NCBI GenBank assembly: GCA_900088475.1
Contig: FLMG01000368.1
Location: 162,822 to 226,821 of the forward strand
Direction of reading: 5' to 3'
Length of the DNA stretch: 64,000 nt
Source of the DNA: Hyphochytrium catenoides
Lineage: Eukaryota > Protista > Hyphochytriomycota
Part shown: one piece after another, positions 58,689-64,000 of the stretch
Layout of the letters: each line of letters starts with the position of its first letter
Position numbering within the stretch: the stretch's first letter is position 1
The notes under the pieces: model-generated
Seen by the model: the letters and a program-made list of their open reading frames with translations, nothing else
What the model was told of the DNA's origin: nothing
Databases searched by the model: none
Position numbers and translations under genes: made by a program

Positions 58689-60756
58689 CTACCGCACAGC
58701 TGGAATACCAAGAATCTGTAGGATAATTTCCGTGGCATTCCATACCCATTCGTCCTTGATTATCTTCATCCCGCTCCATGTGGTTGTGCAGTAGCACTGC
58801 AGGCTTAGATACTTCTTGGTTGGCATAATGCCGAACACTGGCCCCACATGTGTGCCACTGAAAATTAGCCGTGAGCGTATCTGCCAGTAAGAGAAGAGAA
58901 GAGTGGCACCACGTCGTTTAGCTTCTTAACCATAGGCACATTCAAGCGCACACACATCACACTCGTAGAAAAAGAAGCATGGGTATAATCCAAAGCACCT
59001 TCTCTCCGTAAGGATCCAGGGGGCAGATCTCCTTGATCTCTATCAAGGCATCCGGGACGGAGTCCTGCATACGAACCCTATTTGAAAGCATTGATGTAAG
59101 CATCAGAACGACAAAGACAAGTCTGCCACTTGTGAAACGGCATCCCTAAGAGAAGCAGCGCACTACTCTCTGAATCCCCGTTGCAGCTTTTGAGAATAGG
59201 TGCACTCACCAGTAATTGACAGCGTTTGTTGCCCCTCTGATGTCAATAGAGACGTCTGGACTGGAGGTGGTAGAAGACGCGAATAGGTAGGAGTTGCCAG
59301 ATCACAACCCCCACGAAAATAAAAGAAGAGGCAGATTTGTTGGTGAGTATGTTACGTGACAACACACACAGAAAAGGAGTGCGACATCAAACGAGACGTA
59401 CTTGATCATGGTGTAGTCTTTGTGATACAGATCGGGGGCCATGTCCTTGAGCTCCTGAACGCCGCCACAGTTAATGGCTTCCCAGAGATCTCGGAGAGTT
59501 TTACATCGCCGATCCCGAATCTCCTCGGCCGTCTGGAGCTCCTCTTGAAGCTCTTTGACAGTTTTAGCCTCCCCGCTAATTGCCTTCTCTAAAATGGCCT
59601 TCATACGCTTGCTGAGAATGGCATTCTCTTCCTTGAGCTTCTCGATTGTGTTTTTGAGGTTAGCTATGTCCTCAGACTTTCTCTTCCGGCACCGCTTCAC
59701 AGCTTCTTGTCTTTGCTTCCGCTTGTTTCTGACGGCACAAACCAGCAGGAGTCAGTAATCAACAAAAGGAGGAGGGAAGACAAAGAGACCGCTTCACCCA
59801 CTTGGTATCATCGCTCTCATCGCTTTCTGACACCTTTCGGGCCGCTTGTGCGACCGCCTCCTTCGTTGTGTCAGTGCTTGCAACCGCGTTAGGCCGCTCA
59901 TCTCGAGGCGGGTCTTGTTCGCCACCTATCCCAGAACTATCCCACGGGCAGCCGCTTGCCAGCAAAGTACTGAGCTGAGCTGCAGTCAAATGAGCCATAG
60001 AGTCGTGGCTTCCCAGCCAGTCACTAAAAGAAGGATCCGGCAAGCCCATCAACGGAGCAATGGGGGGAATGCTACTAGCGGCTATGGTAGTTGAGGGTGA
60101 CCCTTGGGGCCATTTTGAATCCTGCTGCAGAGATGTTCGCCCGGTTGCCGAAGTAGGGGAAGGGAAAACGTCTCCAGTGTACACGGAGAGTTCCTCGGAC
60201 CCGTTGTCTTCAACCTTAACGAATTTGAAGCCTCCTAGGCTTAAAAGGTCTCCTAAGTTTTGAGGCAACGCATACGTCTCAGCAAGATATCTAACGTAGT
60301 AGAGTATGCAGTTCGGGAGCGGAGATGGGAAAGAAGGTAGTCGATAACAAAACATATAACTAACCATTGACAACACGGACGTGGGACGAAGTTGGCAAGG
60401 GGGCGAACTGCTGCTGTTGCTGGAACAAAGATCGTGGAGTAATGTAGGGTTAGCCTTAAGAGTACGTCCCTTGTTAACGCGCTCGCTGTTCAAACGAGGC
60501 ATAATGCACGTACCTGGCTACTTGACAAGATACCTGGAAAGGGGTTGGTGCCAAATGGAGGACCAAGCGTGGGACAACTTGGTAAGCTTGGCCTTGCAGC
60601 CATTGCGGCCCTTAAAGGGGCAGTATGCGTTCTGTCTCCTCCGGAAGAGCTAAAGCAGTGCTGCTCGTCGCTACGTGTCAATTCATTTGTCATGACTGGT
60701 AGAGTCTGTCGCGACGTGTTTTCTGCTTCGTGAGAGCCAGATGGGGCGGAATCCAT
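58689..60756 (-). CDS. bZIP transcription factor with a C-terminal SnoaL/NTF2-like domain (5' end uncertain)
   Basis: NKRKQRQEAVKRCRKRKSEDIANLKNTIEKLKEENAIL. The spliced C-terminus reads IRGATNAVNYW..PDALIEIKE..FSGTHVGPVFGIMPTKKYL..GMKIIKDEWVWNATEIILQILG. Confidence 0.8.
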
Positions 60757-62503
60757 CTGATGTTGCCTCAGTCCCAACGGCCGGCACTCCTCCTGGTTAG
60801 AGTACCGGACAATTGCACTCACTCACCCTCGATTACTATAATACTTTTAGAAGGGAGAGCCTTGTTGCCGGTATTGCTGCTCTTGTCAATGGGAAGTTAG
60901 TGTGGAACTTCACGCAGTTTTGACTTCAATGCCAGCGTTGTCCGCTTGTACTCTGCCAAGTAGCTCGAGTAACTCCAATCAGCAGCCAAGATTTTATTGC
61001 CTGAGTAGTCTAGATCTCTCGCTTCATTCGTCGCCAATAATGCGGTTCGTTGGAGCACCTGTGTAGGAGCCAAGCAAGCCCGCTGTCAAACAAGCACACC
61101 TCTATCTTTATCTCAGCTTGCCCTTAGAAAGCATCATTGTATCGTTATCTCTTTCTTCCGTGACCCCTTGCGCTAGCTCTCTTTATCTCAGCTCGCTTGT
61201 CATAAGCTTCATCGTATCGTCCTCCCAGACTTTATGCACTCGCCAACTCACTTCAGCGATAATGCAGTTATCTTGTCTTCTATCTTCCTTCCGATCTGCC
61301 AGTGCTTCTGGCTCCCCCTTTATCTTTCCAGTCCTACCTGGTGTTCAGGAAAATTGCTGAGTTCCTAGCTCATTACTCCTTGTCCTCCTTTGATAACAAG
61401 AAGCTTTACCCGGATGATCCACACACCTCTCCCTCGCTTGTCTCTCTCTCTGCTTCTGTCTCAATGAACAAGCCCTGCATTCTTTCTCCGCGTGTCTGGT
61501 CTGTTCTGATCCTGGCGTTCTTCTCTTCTGCTCATGAAAAACAATGGACCAACAAAAGCACACAGTTCAGTTCTTTGTCTGTACCTCTGAGCTAGTAGTG
61601 AATGAGTGCGACTTCTGAGAATCATGAACAGGAAGGGACAGAGGAACTTGGTGGGTGGCGGCGATTCTTCCAGAGTCATGTCCAACAGGTTCCGAACTGC
61701 AACCAGTTATTCCAGACCTTGGTTGGGTTTATGCTAGTTTTATTTCAATCATAGACAATTTATTGCGGAGAGGTGTGATGAGAAGATGTGGTTCTAACCG
61801 CGAGCGGCTAATTATTGGCCGTCCCCCCATTGAACCCGTTCTTCACTTCATATCCAAGTCGAAGTACTTCTGGGGGACTACTCTAAAACGACTGAACCCC
61901 TAAGCTAAATACAGGATGATGTTCTACAAAGGGGGCTGGATGGGTTGGCAAAAGCTTCCTTTAGGATGATGTTTCACTTACTCTAGGAAGAATATACTAG
62001 AACTACTCCGGAGTATTACAAATCTTCCCTCGTGGGTGACACTCAGTACCTGGAGCTTAATGAGACATTCAGCGCACGCTGGAAACACTTGATGAGCACA
62101 GTGATCAAGCTATCGCTCTTGACCCTCTGCGGAATGCGAGAAGTATCCAGGAGCTATAAGGGTCAATCAGCTACCGATTGCCTTAAAGACAGATGCCACG
62201 GCATGGGCTTTGAGAGAGAAGACCCAATGTCACGCCTGGTGTACTACGATTCGCCTGTTTGTGACAAGCAGGTTGTTCGCTTTGCATTTGCTCACTACTG
62301 TGCCCACCTCCACCAAGTGCTACCGTAGGATAGCTGTGTAGTCTCCAATCAACGACTTTTAACCGAGAAGTCGGTGGTGATTGACCCTGTTTGTTCTCGG
62401 AGTGGAGGAGATTTGTCTTCATCACGGGTATCTTGTATGGTACATAGAGGACGGTTTATTCCAGTTTATGTTATGCGGCGAACCTTCTCTCTCGATGCGC
62501 CCC

Positions 62504-62569
62504 TTCAGGTCTGCACCCCAGTCTAAAAAGATGTCATTCAGGTCTGCACCCCAGTCTAAAAAGATGTCA
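62504..62569. repeat. Perfect 33-bp tandem duplication
   Basis: TTCAGGTCTGCACCCCAGTCTAAAAAGATGTCA occurs twice in tandem. Confidence 0.95.
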
Positions 62570-63550
62570 TCGCAGACATGTCGGGGATACACTGCTAGAC
62601 ATCTCGCCTTACTTCAAATGAGTTGGAGTTGAGGAAAGTGTTAAAAGCCAAGCCAAACCGCAGCATTACTCGCAGGGAAGATGACATCAAGCCTGAAGAA
62701 GGAGTATTGACTACTACAATAGACGAAGGCCAGAATAGTCCAAGTTGAGAGGAATAACAGAGACCAATACATCAACATCTGCTTTCAGCACTACATTCGA
62801 GGAGTGTGACCTACGTGCTTGAGACGGAGCCAGTCCCAAGGGTCCTCCTCGGAAGGTTACCAAGAACAGAGAGGGCATCTACCTCGAGAAGTGGTGCCCA
62901 TAAGAGCATAAGAGAGCCTCAAGACATCGAAAAATGCGAACCTTGAGACATGCCTTACCAGCTTCCTGATGCCCCTTGCAAGAAGCAAAAACCTGCTACC
63001 ATCGACGGCTATCGGAGTAGAATGACTGTATTAGATGGGACTTCAGATACGTCTCCTCCGCCCTTCGCCCTTTACGTTCCCCGCCTTCCTTACTTTCACT
63101 TTTCTCTATTCTTTCTCTTCTGATTCGTCCATCCTCTGACCTCTATCTTTGTTCCTCCTGGAGGTTCGCTTTCTCCTTCCTTCTTTTCCTTAGTCCATAG
63201 TCCTTCGTCCATCCTTTGTCCTTTGTCTCTGTTCCTCCTGCTGGACGTACGTTCGCCACTGTACCTCTTCCTTCTCTATCCTTAGTCCGTAGTCCTTTTG
63301 TTAAGACCTTTTGCGAGATATGTACGGGCCAAGGTCGCCAACTAAAGATACCAGCTGACGTGGTATCCCTTTAGACGAGGTGCCGAGACATTATAGACTA
63401 CTCGGCCCGTCCTTCTGCCACGACATATGGTAAACTCTTGGTAAAATCTTGGGCTAACGTCGCTTTCAGAAGAAACTCGTTAGCGAAGTATGACTTTGCG
63501 GTGAGGTGCTGAGGTAACAGATCCTGGTGAAGGTAATCGAGAAAGGACTT

Positions 63551-63700
63551 CCTTCTGTCACGTCGTATGGTGAGAATTGAAGGGTCACGATAGGCCTTTC
63601 GTCCTTCTGTCACGTCGTATGATGAGAATTGAATGGTCACGATAGGCCCTTCGTCCTTCTGTCACGTCGTATGGTGAGAATTGAAGGGTCACGATAGGCC
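63551..63700. repeat. 52-bp tandem repeat (about 3 copies)
   Basis: CCTTCTGTCACGTCGTATG(G/A)TGAGAATTGAA(G/T)GGTCACGATAGGCC.. at 63551, 63603 and 63655. Confidence 0.95.
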
Positions 63701-63717
63701 GTCAGAAGAGACGCCTT

Positions 63718-64000
63718 GATGAGGTGGGGCCAAGGTGCTGAGTTATAGACTATTGAAGGTGATGGGAAAGAAGGAACGCTATTGCAAAGCATGGGCAAAC
63801 GATGATGCAGATGACAAAAATGGAGAAGGTTGGCAGACACATGGATATTGACGACGAGCGACAGAGGAGAAGGAATGAGGATCAAGGTAGGCCATCAAAA
63901 GAGACGAGTTGACGCAAGATGAGGTGGGGCCAAGATGCTGAGACTTAGACTATGAAGGTGACGGAGAAAGAACAAACACTTCTATAAAGTATGGGCAAAC
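63718..64000. repeat. Diverged direct repeat with a period of about 200 bp
   Basis: GATGAGGTGGGGCCAAG..ATGGGCAAAC occurs at about 63718-63800 and 63918-64000, running off the window end. Confidence 0.75.

Noticed and set aside
62032-62632. Transposase remnant
   Set aside because: No DDE, RT or integrase motif could be identified.
63551-63700. Possible CRISPR array
   Set aside because: The 52-bp units are contiguous with no unique spacers, there are no cas genes, and the context is eukaryotic.

Overview
Gene-dense eukaryotic nuclear DNA from a flagellated protist (stramenopile-like, by inference only). It uses the standard code and has many short GT-AG introns with CTAAC/CTGAC/CTCAC-type branch points, so the ORF track fragments most genes. 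I spliced the genes by hand. From 1 to 56 kb there are about 23 protein genes plus tRNA-Thr(UGU): epsin/ENTH, mercaptopyruvate sulfurtransferase, a WW protein, CDP-DAG synthase, a cNMP-binding protein, isoaspartyl dipeptidase, a GSK3-like kinase, mitochondrial S16, riboflavin synthase, UTP21, PPP4R2, PSMB3, ArfGAP, JmjC, IFT46, RP9 and others. From 56 to 64 kb there are rearranged LTR-retrotransposon gag remnants, tandem repeats and one bZIP gene. The best candidate for an undescribed system is one spliced gene (23560-27690, about 1079 aa) joining a permuted papain-like amidase, two PKA-R-type cNMP domains, citrin-like EF-hands and an SLC25 carrier. Other unusual architectures are NDKx3-Dpy30-AKx5, bZIP-SnoaL, RRN3-like-F-box-C2H2, ArfGAP-ZnF-PDZ, a tail-anchored riboflavin synthase and an intron-containing bacterial-type IadA. 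Domain calls come from recognising motifs by eye, not from database searches.
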